Counted from the stretch's first letter, positions 29,322-38,726 are shown. The stretch: DNA of 64,000 nucleotides from Bacillota bacterium (GCA_021324255.1 JAJPJL010000119.1:3226-67225); one strand, 5' to 3'. Numbers and translations are program-made. The notes: generated by a model not told the origin, from the letters alone.

Positions 29322-30773
29322 ATGCCCGGCGATCCCGAGCGCCCGTCCTTCCGCCGGATCCCTTCCGTGGAGCGGCTGCTGCAGGGCCTCGATGCCTCGG
29401 GGGCGGCGGCGCAGCATCCGCGCCGCCTCGTCGTGGCCTGCGTCCGGGACGCGGTGGAGCGCGCCCGGCGGCGCCTCGCGGGCGGGTGCGCGCCGGCGGA
29501 AGCGGTCGGCGTCGATGCGCTGCTGGCGGACGCGCGAGCGCTGCTCGAGGAGCGCTCCGCACCCAGCCTCGACCGGGCGGTGAACGCGACGGGAATCGTG
29601 ATCCATACCAACCTCGGCCGGGCGCCGCTGTGCCGGGACGCGCGGCAGGCGGTCGCCGCCGCGTCCGGGTACGCCGTGCTGGAGATCGACCGCGCCACGG
29701 GCGCCCGGGGATCGCGGCAGGCCCATGTCACCGAGTTGCTGCGCGAGCTTACCGGCGCCGAGGCGGCGTTTGTGGTCAACAACAACGCCGCCGCGGTGCT
29801 GCTCGCCCTGGCCGCGCTGGCCCCGGGCAGAGACGCGCTCGTGTCACGCGGCGAGCTCGTCGAGATCGGCGGGAGCTTTCGCATGCCGGACGTGATGGCG
29901 GCGAGCGGGTGCCGGCTCGTCGAGGTGGGCACGACCAACAAGACGTATCTCGGCGACTACGAGGCGGCGCTCACGCCTTCGACCGCCCTCCTCGTCAAGG
30001 TGCACCGCAGCAATTTCTCGATGCGCGGCTTCGTCCGCGAGGTGCCTCCGCGGGACCTCGCCGCGGTCGGGCGGCGCGCCGGGGTGCCGGTCTTGTTTGA
30101 CATGGGCAGCGGCGCACTCGTGGAGCTCGGGGCGCGGGTGCGGTGCGCGTCCGGCCAGGCGGATCTGTCCGCCGCCCCGACGCTGCAGGCGGCCGTGGCC
30201 GCGGGCGCGGACATCGTGACGGCGAGCGGCGACAAGCTCCTCGGCGGGCCGCAGGCCGGCCTGCTGTTGGGACGCGCGAGCGCGATCGCGAAGGTCCGCG
30301 CGCATCCGCTCGCGCGCGCCGTCCGCATCGACAAGCTCGGGCTCGCCGCGCTGGAGGCGACGCTCCGGGTCTACCGCGATCCTGACCGCGCGTGGGGCGA
30401 GATCCCGGTGCTCGAGATGCTGAGCCGCTCCGCCGGGGCGCTGGAGCGCGCCGCGGGGTCGCTCCTGGAGCGTCTCCACGGGGCGATCCACGGCGCAGCC
30501 GCCCTGGACCTGTACCCGACGGTGACGGAAGCGGGGGGTGGAGCGCTGCCCGGGATCGAGCTGGCGTCGTGGGCCGTGTCGGTGCGGCCGCATCACGGAT
30601 CCGTGGACGCCTGGGAGCGCCGGCTGCGCCGCCACCGGCCGCCGGTGTTTGCGCGCATCGCGGACGGCCGGCTGCTGCTCGACCTGCGGACCCTCGGCCC
30701 GGAGGATGAGCCCGTGGTCGCCGAGGCCCTCGGGGCGGCGGCGCGCGACCTCGCCGGCACCGCATCCGGGTAA
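29322..30773 (+). CDS. selA: L-seryl-tRNA(Sec) selenium transferase
   Basis: NATGIVIHTNLGRAP, VNNNAAA, GELVEIGGSFR, EVGTTNKT, SGDKLLGGPQAG (PLP lysine). Confidence 0.97.
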   Translation: MPGDPERPSFRRIPSVERLLQGLDASGAAAQHPRRLVVACVRDAVERARRRLAGGCAPAEAVGVDALLADARALLEERSAPSLDRAVNATGIVIHTNLGRAPLCRDARQAVAAASGYAVLEIDRATGARGSRQAHVTELLRELTGAEAAFVVNNNAAAVLLALAALAPGRDALVSRGELVEIGGSFRMPDVMAASGCRLVEVGTTNKTYLGDYEAALTPSTALLVKVHRSNFSMRGFVREVPPRDLAAVGRRAGVPVLFDMGSGALVELGARVRCASGQADLSAAPTLQAAVAAGADIVTASGDKLLGGPQAGLLLGRASAIAKVRAHPLARAVRIDKLGLAALEATLRVYRDPDRAWGEIPVLEMLSRSAGALERAAGSLLERLHGAIHGAAALDLYPTVTEAGGGALPGIELASWAVSVRPHHGSVDAWERRLRRHRPPVFARIADGRLLLDLRTLGPEDEPVVAEALGAAARDLAGTASG

Positions 30774-30787
30774 GGGCCGCCCCGGCG

Positions 30788-32728
30788 ATGCCCGCGCGCC
30801 AGCACGCACCCGCCCGCTCCCCCGTGACGCGCTACGCCGTCGTGGGAACGGCCGGCCACATCGATCACGGCAAGAGCGCGCTCGTGCGCGCCCTGACCGG
30901 GACCGACCCGGACCGGCTCGCGGAGGAGCAGCGCCGGGGCATGACGATCGACCTCGGGTTTGCCCACTTCGACCTGCCGGACGGCGTGCGGGTCGGGATC
31001 GTCGACGTGCCCGGGCACGAACGCCTCATCCGTACGATGCTCGCCGGCGCCACGGGCATCGATCTCGTGCTGCTGGTCGTGGCCGCGGACGAGGGCATCA
31101 TGCCACAGACGCGTGAGCACCTCGACATCCTGCGGTTCCTGCGGGTGCCCCGCGGCGTCGTCGCGGTCACGAAGATGGACCTGGTGGCGGACCCGGAGTG
31201 GCTGGCCCTCGTCAAGGATGAGATCGGGGGCCTGGTCCGCGGGACATTCCTGGAGCAGGCGCCGGTGGTGGAGGTCTCGTCCCGGACGGGCGCCGGGCTG
31301 CCGGCGCTGACCGCCGCGATCGCCGACGGGCTTGCCGCAGCCCGCCGGGCCAACGCGGACGCGCCGGCGCGCCTCCCGGTGGATCGGAGCTTTACGATGG
31401 CGGGCTTCGGGACCGTCGTCACAGGGACGCTGTGGTCGGGGCAGGTCCGTACGGGCGACGTGCTGGCGCTGCTGCCCTCGGGCCGGGAGGTGCGGGTGCG
31501 GCAGGTGCAGAGCCACGGCGAGGTCGTGACGGAAGCCGTAGCCGGCCAACGCGCCGCGCTGAACCTCGTGGGCGTCGGCAAGGACGAGGTCACCCGCGGC
31601 GACGTGCTGGCCGCGCCCGGCGCGTACCATCCGTCCGCGGCCGTCGACGTGCGGCTCCGGCTCCTCCCCGATGTCCCGCCGCTCCGGCACCATGAGCGGG
31701 TTCGGCTGTATCTCGGCGCCGACGAGGTGATCGGCCGCGTGCGGCTCCTCGATCGCGACGCGCTGCCGCCGGGCGGCGAGGCGGCCGCGCAACTCCGGCT
31801 CGAGCGGAGCACCGTGGCCGCTCGCGGCGACCCGTTCGTCATCCGCCGGTACTCGCCGATGGCGACCGTGGGCGGCGGCGAGATCATCGCGGTGGATGCG
31901 CCCCTGCGGCGCCGGGGCGCGGCCGCGGCGGCGGCGCTCGTCTCCGCGGCATCCGCCGGCATGGACGTCCGGATGCGCGAGGCGCTCGGGCGCGCCGGCC
32001 GCGGGGGAGCCACCCTGGACGAGCTTGCGCGATCGCTCAACATCACCGTGCCGCGCGCCGCCGAGCTCGTGGAGACCCTGCGAGGCGCCGGCGGCGTCTA
32101 TGGGATCCGCGGGCGGTTCTTCTCCGCGGAGACGGTGGAGCTGCTCCGGCGCGCGATCGTCGCGGCCCTCACGGCCCATCACGCCGCCGTCCCGTGGCGC
32201 GCCGGGATGCCCCGCGAGGAACTCAAGCGTCGCGCGTTCCCAAGCGGTGACGACCGCCTGTACGGCGTCGCGCTGGACGGGCTCGCGGAGTCCGGCGCGG
32301 TCACGGCAGGCCCGGCGTTCGTCCGCCTCACCACGTTTGCGCCGGCCCGGAGCCCCGAGGAGGCGGCCGCCGCGGACGCGATCGCCGCCGCCTACCGGCA
32401 CGGGCGATTTGCCCCGCCGGCCCGCGAGGAGGTGCTCGCGCGCGCGGCGGACCGGGGCGCCGCGGACCGGATGTTTCAGGCGCTCATCGACGACGGGACG
32501 CTCGTCGAGGCGGGCGGGATCGTGTTTCATCGTGACGCGGTCGCGGAGATCGAGGCGCGGGCGGTGGCGCATCTCGAGCGGCACGGCGAGCTCACCGTGG
32601 CGGCGTTGCGCGATCTGCTCGGCAGCAGTCGCAAGTACGTGCTCGCGGCGCTCGAGTGGCTCGACGCGCGCCGCGTCACGCGGCGGACGGGCGACAAGCG
32701 CGTGCTCGTCAAACCGGCGGCGGAGTGA
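30788..32728 (+). CDS. selB: Selenocysteine-specific elongation factor
   Basis: GTAGHIDHGKS, RGMTIDLGFA, DVPGHE, C-terminal winged helix SRKY...LEWLD...TRRTGDKR; start may be GTG 30824. Confidence 0.97.
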   Translation: MPARQHAPARSPVTRYAVVGTAGHIDHGKSALVRALTGTDPDRLAEEQRRGMTIDLGFAHFDLPDGVRVGIVDVPGHERLIRTMLAGATGIDLVLLVVAADEGIMPQTREHLDILRFLRVPRGVVAVTKMDLVADPEWLALVKDEIGGLVRGTFLEQAPVVEVSSRTGAGLPALTAAIADGLAAARRANADAPARLPVDRSFTMAGFGTVVTGTLWSGQVRTGDVLALLPSGREVRVRQVQSHGEVVTEAVAGQRAALNLVGVGKDEVTRGDVLAAPGAYHPSAAVDVRLRLLPDVPPLRHHERVRLYLGADEVIGRVRLLDRDALPPGGEAAAQLRLERSTVAARGDPFVIRRYSPMATVGGGEIIAVDAPLRRRGAAAAAALVSAASAGMDVRMREALGRAGRGGATLDELARSLNITVPRAAELVETLRGAGGVYGIRGRFFSAETVELLRRAIVAALTAHHAAVPWRAGMPREELKRRAFPSGDDRLYGVALDGLAESGAVTAGPAFVRLTTFAPARSPEEAAAADAIAAAYRHGRFAPPAREEVLARAADRGAADRMFQALIDDGTLVEAGGIVFHRDAVAEIEARAVAHLERHGELTVAALRDLLGSSRKYVLAALEWLDARRVTRRTGDKRVLVKPAAE

Positions 32729-32859
32729 GGTCCGGAGCGCAGGCGGCGCGCCGAGCCCCGGCGAAGCTACACTCCCGGGGCCTCCCGCCGACACCGGCGC
32801 CTGCCGGCGACCGGGCGGGGCGCCGCGCCGAACGACGGCCCTCAGAATGGAGCGACCGC

Positions 32860-33414
32860 ATGGCCAAGACGCGCGCCGGCTCGGCCGGCACCGAGGTCAG
32901 CCTGCACCGATGGAGCACGCTCGCCGCCGACGTGCTGCTCGAGCACCGCGTCCACATGATCGGCTACGTCCCCGACGAGGTGAGCGGCCACCTGCTCCGG
33001 CGGCTCGAGGCCGAGCCTGCGTGCACGGTCGTGTGCTGCACGCGTGAGGAGGAAGCCGTCGCCACCGTGGCCGGCGCGTACCTTGGCGGCACACGCGGCG
33101 CCGTCGTGCTCCAGACGAGCGGGATCGGGAACTCGATGAACGCGCTGGGGTCGTTCGTCGTCCCGTATCAGATTCCGATGCTGCTCATCGTGAGCGAGCG
33201 AGGGGGCCTCGGCGAGTTCAATCCCGCCCAGGTGCCGCTCGGGCATGCCGTGCCCCGGGTGCTCGACGCGCTCGGCGTCCAGACGTTCTCGGTCACGTCG
33301 GAGGCCGAGATGTCGCCGGTCCTCTCGGGGGCCGCGGAGCTGGCGTTCGCGACGATGATGCCCGTGGCCGTCGTGCTCACGACGCGTCTGACCGGGGGCA
33401 AGACGCTCCGATGA
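32860..33414 (+). CDS. TPP-dependent decarboxylase alpha subunit (sulfopyruvate/phosphonopyruvate decarboxylase, ComD-like)
   Basis: YVPD, REEEAV...AGAYLGG, QTSGIGNSMNAL, RGGLGEFNPAQVP. Confidence 0.85.
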   Translation: MAKTRAGSAGTEVSLHRWSTLAADVLLEHRVHMIGYVPDEVSGHLLRRLEAEPACTVVCCTREEEAVATVAGAYLGGTRGAVVLQTSGIGNSMNALGSFVVPYQIPMLLIVSERGGLGEFNPAQVPLGHAVPRVLDALGVQTFSVTSEAEMSPVLSGAAELAFATMMPVAVVLTTRLTGGKTLR

Positions 33415-33977
33415 ACCGGCTCGACGCGATCCGGCGCATCGTCCCGTTGCTCGGCGACGCCGCCGTGGTCTCGAACCTCGGGCGGAACACGTACGATCTG
33501 TACGAGGCGGCGGACCGGCCGGAAAACTTCTACATGTGGGGCGCGATGGGGTCGACGTCGTCCGTCGGCCTCGGGATCGCGATGGCGCAGCCGGGGCGGC
33601 GCGTCGTCGTGCTCGACGGCGACGGGTCGATGCTGATGAGCCTCGGCTGCCTCGCCACGGTCGCGGCGTATCGGCCGGCGAACCTCACGCTTGTCGTGCT
33701 CGACAACGAGACCTACGAGACGACCGGCGGGCAGGCCACGCACTCGGGGCGCTGCGCCGACCTGGAGGCGATCGCCCGCGGCGCCGGGCTGGCGCACACC
33801 GCGACCGTCGCGACGGTGGACGAGTTTGCCGCCGCCCTCGGGCGTGCGCTCCGGGACCCCGGACCGTGGTTCATCCTGGCCAAGGTCGAGCAGGCCACCT
33901 CGTTCGCCCGCGTCCCCCGGCGCCCGATCTACATCAAGGACCGCTTTATGGCCGCGTTGGGCACCGTCACGGGCTAG
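33411..33977 (+). CDS. TPP-dependent decarboxylase beta subunit (ComE-like)
   Basis: NFYMWGAMG, DGDGSMLM...LDN TPP-binding motif, TGGQ; ATGA overlap with the alpha subunit. Confidence 0.87.
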   Translation: MNRLDAIRRIVPLLGDAAVVSNLGRNTYDLYEAADRPENFYMWGAMGSTSSVGLGIAMAQPGRRVVVLDGDGSMLMSLGCLATVAAYRPANLTLVVLDNETYETTGGQATHSGRCADLEAIARGAGLAHTATVATVDEFAAALGRALRDPGPWFILAKVEQATSFARVPRRPIYIKDRFMAALGTVTG

Positions 33978-34222
33978 CGCCAAGCAGGTGGGACGCGTCG
34001 AGGCTCGATGGTCGGCGACGCGGTGACGGCACGCACCCCATACGCTCGAACGCCTTCCCCACCAGTCCCAGGCCGGTCACAGTCGAGTAGGCGCGTCCCG
34101 GCGGCGCGCGGCCGCGCCGCCCGTGGTCACAGCGCCGTTGCACGAGCGGCGCGGGTGTGCGAACGCGGCCGGCCCCGGCTTGGCCTTGCCGGCGGCTCGA
34201 TGCCGTGTAGTAGGATACCAAC

Positions 34223-34317
34223 GGAGGGGCATGGGTCCTGGTGGGTCTCACGGTCTTCAAAACCGTCGGCGGGCCCTTTGGGCTCGCGGTGGGTTCGATT
34301 CCCACACCCCTCCGCCA
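34223..34317 (+). tRNA. selC: tRNA-Sec (anticodon TCA)
   Basis: 6-bp D stem with TGGT loop, anticodon loop CTTCAAA, 8-bp variable arm, GTGGG-TTCGATT-CCCAC T arm, GCCA end; near selAB. Confidence 0.96.
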
Positions 34318-34326
34318 CGCTGGCTC

Positions 34327-35052
34327 TCAGGGCAATCCTGAGACGCCGTGACGGACGCGCGATGATTCTGCGACGGAAGCCGCCCTGCGAACACGCCGTC
34401 CGTCGATCTGCATAAGAACTACCATCACGATGATAATTGCGGTGCGGAGCCCCGCGACCGGCAATCTGGCTGGCCTCGGTAGTGCGTCGAGCGGGAGTAG
34501 GACAACGACCGCCATGATGCCGCCGTAAACGGCAACGCGGACACGGGCGCGCACGTCGCGTGGTGCCGCGTTGAGTGCCGCGATGCTCAGGATGGCGACC
34601 AAGGCGGTGGCACAGCCCCAAAACCATAACGGCACCGGACCATGTCTCGTCCAGACTCCATAGACTGCGACGAACCCGATGCACACCGATGTCCACGTGA
34701 GGGCCTGCTCCGGTACTGATTCGGCAGGCCGCGCCGGTCCTCCATGACGTCGCGCCTGTCGCACGAAGAGGAGGGCGACTACGGCGATAGCCGCAATCCA
34801 GGCAAACAACACCCACAACGGCAAAGTCGTGCCACGCGGCGCGAAGAGCGGTGCGAGGAATATTCCGAGCGTCAAGGCAACCAGTAGCGTCAGCTTCACG
34901 TAGCGGTTAGATGATCGCTTCCGAAGCCAGGACAACGAACGCTCAGGGTGGGGTGGGGTGGCAGAGTGTTGAAGGTCGGCCCAGCTCGGGGCGGTGTGCG
35001 CGGGTTGCGCGGCGTCGCCGGCAAGATCGCCGCTCCCCATGGCTCGCCACAT
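34327..35052 (-). CDS. Hypothetical multi-pass membrane protein
   Basis: About six hydrophobic segments; atypical codon usage; start uncertain. Confidence 0.55.
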   Translation of the reverse strand: MWRAMGSGDLAGDAAQPAHTAPSWADLQHSATPPHPERSLSWLRKRSSNRYVKLTLLVALTLGIFLAPLFAPRGTTLPLWVLFAWIAAIAVVALLFVRQARRHGGPARPAESVPEQALTWTSVCIGFVAVYGVWTRHGPVPLWFWGCATALVAILSIAALNAAPRDVRARVRVAVYGGIMAVVVLLPLDALPRPARLPVAGLRTAIIIVMVVLMQIDGRRVRRAASVAESSRVRHGVSGLP

Positions 35053-35363
35053 AGCCGCTCAAGTTCTGTGGTCCTGTTGCTGCTCCTCCTGTGGACAGGG
35101 ACAATACCGTAAACGTCGGCCTGTTCCGATCATGCTCGCGCGGGCCTTCTCGGAACCTTGCGACGCCGGCTCCTGTGGGGCAAGGTGCACTTCCCTATGG
35201 GGGCAGCCATTTTCAATTCAAGCAGTTCCGTCCATTGTCTTTGAGGGCGGTTCCCTTTTACGGCTGATCGGCCACACGCGAAGGACTCCCGCCCGGAGGC
35301 GGATTCAGTAGGGCCAACAGGTCGCCGACAGTTTCCCCCAGCCACCTCCAAGGCTGGTGCTCC

Positions 35364-35383
35364 AGAATACGAACATACGTTTC
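35364..35383 (-). promoter_or_regulatory. Second LexA box with adjacent minus-strand -10 (TATTCT)
   Basis: CGAACATACGTTTC at 35370-35383 is 12/14 identical to the recA box. Confidence 0.6.
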
Positions 35384-35472
35384 GTAATGGACATCTGAGC
35401 CCCTTTCCCTGTCAGAAAGAGGCTTCGGTTTGGGCACGAAGTTGACGGGGTTTGTCAGGAGGGGGAGGGTCC

Positions 35473-36858
35473 ATGCCGCGCCTCTTCAGGTTTGCGCTGG
35501 CTGTAGTGCTCTACGCGGCCGTCACGGCGCCGGCGCACGGCCAATCAACAATGGTCGCCGAGGCGGCTCCAGCCACCTCACGTCCAGCGCCGGCTCCGCT
35601 GTCCGTCCAGCAGATTTTCGAACAGAGCGCCCCCGCGGTTGTCCTGATTGCGCAATATGACGCGAACGACAAGATGACATCCTTGGGGAGCGGGTTCGCA
35701 GTGTCTCCCAATGGCGTGATCGTCACGAATAACCACGTGATCACACCTGACCCCGGGGCTGTCCGGATCGCTGTGAAGGTACCGAACGGCCGCGTCTTTA
35801 CGAACGTGCGTATTATCTACACGGACGCTCGCCGCGACATCGCCATTCTATCGGTCAACGCGACCGGGCTCCCTAGGCTCAAGATCGGGGACTCAGATGC
35901 TGTCCAAGTCGGCGATGAGGTCGTAGCGATCGGGAATCCAGAGGGCCTCGAACTTACCATCACATCAGGCATTATCGAAGGGATTCGACTCGATCCCGGG
36001 ACCGGTACCCGGTTCATCCAGCACCAGGCGCCGATCTCGCACGGGTCGAGCGGTGGCCCCTTGCTCAACATGCGAGGCGAGGTGATTGGGATCAATGCGT
36101 TCATGCTGAAGGACGCGCAGAATATCAACGGGGCTGTCCCTATCAACTATGCGAAGCCGTATTTCCATGACACAGCTACCACGACCTGGGAGGAATACGC
36201 GCGTGTTGCGCCTACGCCCGCCGCTAGCCGGCCTACTCCAGCAGTCCCACCGCTCCCGGGACGTCCTGCGCCTTCGGGGCGCATCGAACCCGGTGTGTAT
36301 TTCGAAGGTGCCGCAGACTACCGGCAGGCTGATGACTCCTTCAGGCTCGGGTTTGCCGCCAGCCTCTACGACACGGTCTCAATGTTCGCGGCCGCTGCGA
36401 AAGACTCCGGCGACCTTAGTGGGGGGACCAGTGCTGCCCTGTTCTATTGTCTCGCGGGCCACGCGAGCAAGCTTGGCCAACTTTCGGGATGGGTGGCCAC
36501 AACCGCTCAGGCAGCCGCGAACGACCAATACCCTGTGGTTTTGATTGTCGCCCAATACTGCGCAGCGCCATTTCAGAACGTTCTCACGTTCTGGGAATCG
36601 GGGACCGAGTACCTTGCGGGTAATCTCAACTTCCAACTCGGGTTCGCTGCTGGCATGGCAGATACGGCGTCACTGCTTGCGATGATTGGTCAGAACACGG
36701 GTACACTCTCTAGTCAGGGGACAACTGAGCTCTTTACGTGCCTTGACAGTCATGGCGATAAACTCGGGGAGTTCGCGTCCTGGGTTAATACCGTCCTCGC
36801 CGGCGCCTCTCCCGACGATTCCGCGGCGGAGGTAATCGCTCAAACCTGCATGCCATAA
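35473..36858 (+). CDS. Secreted trypsin-like (S1C/HtrA-type, PDZ-less) serine protease with two tandem C-terminal helical domains
   Basis: Signal peptide; TNNHV, DIAIL and GSSGGP catalytic triad; Pro-rich linker; duplicated ~90 aa domain. Confidence 0.85.
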   Translation: MPRLFRFALAVVLYAAVTAPAHGQSTMVAEAAPATSRPAPAPLSVQQIFEQSAPAVVLIAQYDANDKMTSLGSGFAVSPNGVIVTNNHVITPDPGAVRIAVKVPNGRVFTNVRIIYTDARRDIAILSVNATGLPRLKIGDSDAVQVGDEVVAIGNPEGLELTITSGIIEGIRLDPGTGTRFIQHQAPISHGSSGGPLLNMRGEVIGINAFMLKDAQNINGAVPINYAKPYFHDTATTTWEEYARVAPTPAASRPTPAVPPLPGRPAPSGRIEPGVYFEGAADYRQADDSFRLGFAASLYDTVSMFAAAAKDSGDLSGGTSAALFYCLAGHASKLGQLSGWVATTAQAAANDQYPVVLIVAQYCAAPFQNVLTFWESGTEYLAGNLNFQLGFAAGMADTASLLAMIGQNTGTLSSQGTTELFTCLDSHGDKLGEFASWVNTVLAGASPDDSAAEVIAQTCMP

Positions 36859-37201
36859 GTGGCGTGACCGCGCCACGAGCGTACGTCTATCCGCTCCGGT
36901 TTGCCATGCGCTCAGAGATGGCGTTCCCGCAGCGACCTGCCAAAGCAGCTCCCCGAGCATCGCGTAGATGATTGCACCGGGACATCTGGTACGCCAAGGT
37001 GGATAAGCCAAAGGCGTTTGTGGCGCATCCGCGCGGATATTGCGGCCTGAGCCGCATCCGCACGCTTGGTAATCTTCGGTGAAACTGGCGTGGTCCGCTC
37101 GGCGCCACCGTGCGGCGGCGACGGAGATTCGCATTCTCGCGCTTGATCCTATAGAACTCAGCGCGCCGGGGTAAAAACAACGGTAAAGGAGGGATGCGAT
37201 C

Positions 37202-37459
37202 ATGATGAGAGTCGCACTATGGATCGTCCTCGGCATGTCGGCAATCGTCACCGCGCTGATGCCCCTGAGCTTCTTGCCCGCCCCTGCGCAGGCTCAAGTC
37301 AACCTCAACATCCATTGGGGCCCTCAAACGTGGAGCCGGTACTGCCGCAGCGATGGATACGGCCACTGGTGGGGACGCGACAGCCGGTATAACCGTGCGT
37401 GCTGGGACAACCGGCGCTATGATCCGCACTACCGCCCGGACCGGTACCACCGCTGGTAG
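37202..37459 (+). CDS. Small secreted Trp/Tyr/Arg-rich protein
   Basis: Strong SD AAAGGAGG, signal peptide ending AQA, two Cys in the mature part. Confidence 0.7.
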   Translation: MMRVALWIVLGMSAIVTALMPLSFLPAPAQAQVNLNIHWGPQTWSRYCRSDGYGHWWGRDSRYNRACWDNRRYDPHYRPDRYHRW

Positions 37460-37471
37460 CGTAACGGAGCG

Positions 37472-37507
37472 GCGGGGGGGGCGGGGCCTGTGGGGACCGC
37501 CCCCCGC
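37472..37507. terminator. Possible hairpin terminator between convergent genes
   Basis: G-run/C-run inverted repeat (GCGGGGG..GCGG / CCGCCCCCCGC). Confidence 0.35.
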
Positions 37508-38631
37508 TATGCGCGGTCCCCGGCGCGCGCCGGGCCGTTCGAGACCGGCGCGGCGGTTGCCGCCGTGTCCGGGCGAGCGCCCCGGCCCATGACGTACACG
37601 GTCTGCGTCGGATAGGCAAACTCGATGCCTTCCTCTGCGAAGCGCCGGTGGATGTCCAAGTTTATCGCGTGCTGGATGTCCATGAACAGGCGGTAGTCCG
37701 GGCTGGTCACGTAATAGACGATCTCGAACCGCAGCGCAAAATCACCGTACGTCTTGAAGTGGGCGCGGGCGAAGCGGGCCTGGGGTTGCCGCGCGATGAT
37801 CTCCTCGAGCATCGTGGGGACGCGCGCCAGCGTCTCGGACGGGGTATCGTACGTGACGCCGAGCGAAAACGCGACGCGCCGTTCGTACATGCGCTTGTAA
37901 TTGTGGATCTGATTTTTCAGTAACTCCGCGTTCGAGAACACGATCTCCTCGCCGGACACGCTGCGAATCCGGGTGGTCTTGAGGCCGATGTGTTCAACCG
38001 TGCCCTGATGCTGGTTGACGACGATGAGGTCGCCGAGGAGGAACGGCTTGTCAAGGACGATGGCGAACGCCGCGAAGAGATCGCCAAGCACGCTCTGAGC
38101 CGCGAGGCCGACGGCGATGCCGCCGATGCCGAGGCCGGCCACCAGCGCGGTGACCCGCACCCCGACATTGTCGAGTGCCAGCAAGACGACCACCGCGAAC
38201 AACGTCACCTTTGCAATGACCCCGAGGGCGCTCACCGTGGTCACGCCGACCGCGTCCAGCGTTGTTCGGCGCGTGATGTGTCTCGCGATCACGAACGAGA
38301 TGACCTCGCTGCCCCAGACGCCGACTTGCAGCAAGATCACAATCGTCGCCGCCGCGGCGACGGCGTGCGCCGCGCGGTCCGGCAACGGCAGCATGAACAT
38401 TGCGCCGTCGACGGCGACTGCGGCGATGAACAGGGTCCAGGTGCGCCGCAGGAGCAGCGCCAGGAGTTCGGCGGCTCCCCCCGGCCGGCGCGTCCCGTAC
38501 GCGCCGGCGCGCCCGGCGAGGATGGTTCGGGCTGCGCTCAGGACCAGCGCGACCAGCACCATCGTCGCGATCGCCAGAAGCCACTCGCGCAGGGTATTGC
38601 GCGCGAACGCGGCGTTCAGCAGATCCCCCAT
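37507..38631 (-). CDS. mscS: Small-conductance mechanosensitive channel family protein
   Basis: AGLGIGGIAVGLAAQ, KPFLLGD, GTVEHIGLKTT, GIEFAYPTQ. Confidence 0.9.
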   Translation of the reverse strand: MGDLLNAAFARNTLREWLLAIATMVLVALVLSAARTILAGRAGAYGTRRPGGAAELLALLLRRTWTLFIAAVAVDGAMFMLPLPDRAAHAVAAAATIVILLQVGVWGSEVISFVIARHITRRTTLDAVGVTTVSALGVIAKVTLFAVVVLLALDNVGVRVTALVAGLGIGGIAVGLAAQSVLGDLFAAFAIVLDKPFLLGDLIVVNQHQGTVEHIGLKTTRIRSVSGEEIVFSNAELLKNQIHNYKRMYERRVAFSLGVTYDTPSETLARVPTMLEEIIARQPQARFARAHFKTYGDFALRFEIVYYVTSPDYRLFMDIQHAINLDIHRRFAEEGIEFAYPTQTVYVMGRGARPDTAATAAPVSNGPARAGDRA

Positions 38632-38717
38632 GCGGCACCTCCGCCCCGTCTCCGTTGTCACGATTTTCCCCCGCGACGCTCGATACGCTGCGATGGCGGC
38701 GCGACGAGCTCGTCCGG

Positions 38718-38726
38718 TGATATCAT
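38718..38726 (+). promoter_or_regulatory. Putative extended -10 promoter of hutP
   Basis: TGaTATCAT ~80 nt upstream of hutP. Confidence 0.45.

Noticed and set aside
29322-34317. Selenoproteins in this window
   Set aside because: At the TGA stops I inspected, homology ends at the stop and no domain continues; the Cys motifs of SCO and CDGSH use Cys codons. This was not an exhaustive SECIS search.
34318-37460. Intact prophage or integrative element at selC
   Set aside because: No integrase, phage genes or att duplication seen; an 11-nt match to the tRNA 3' end near 24727 is upstream and likely chance.
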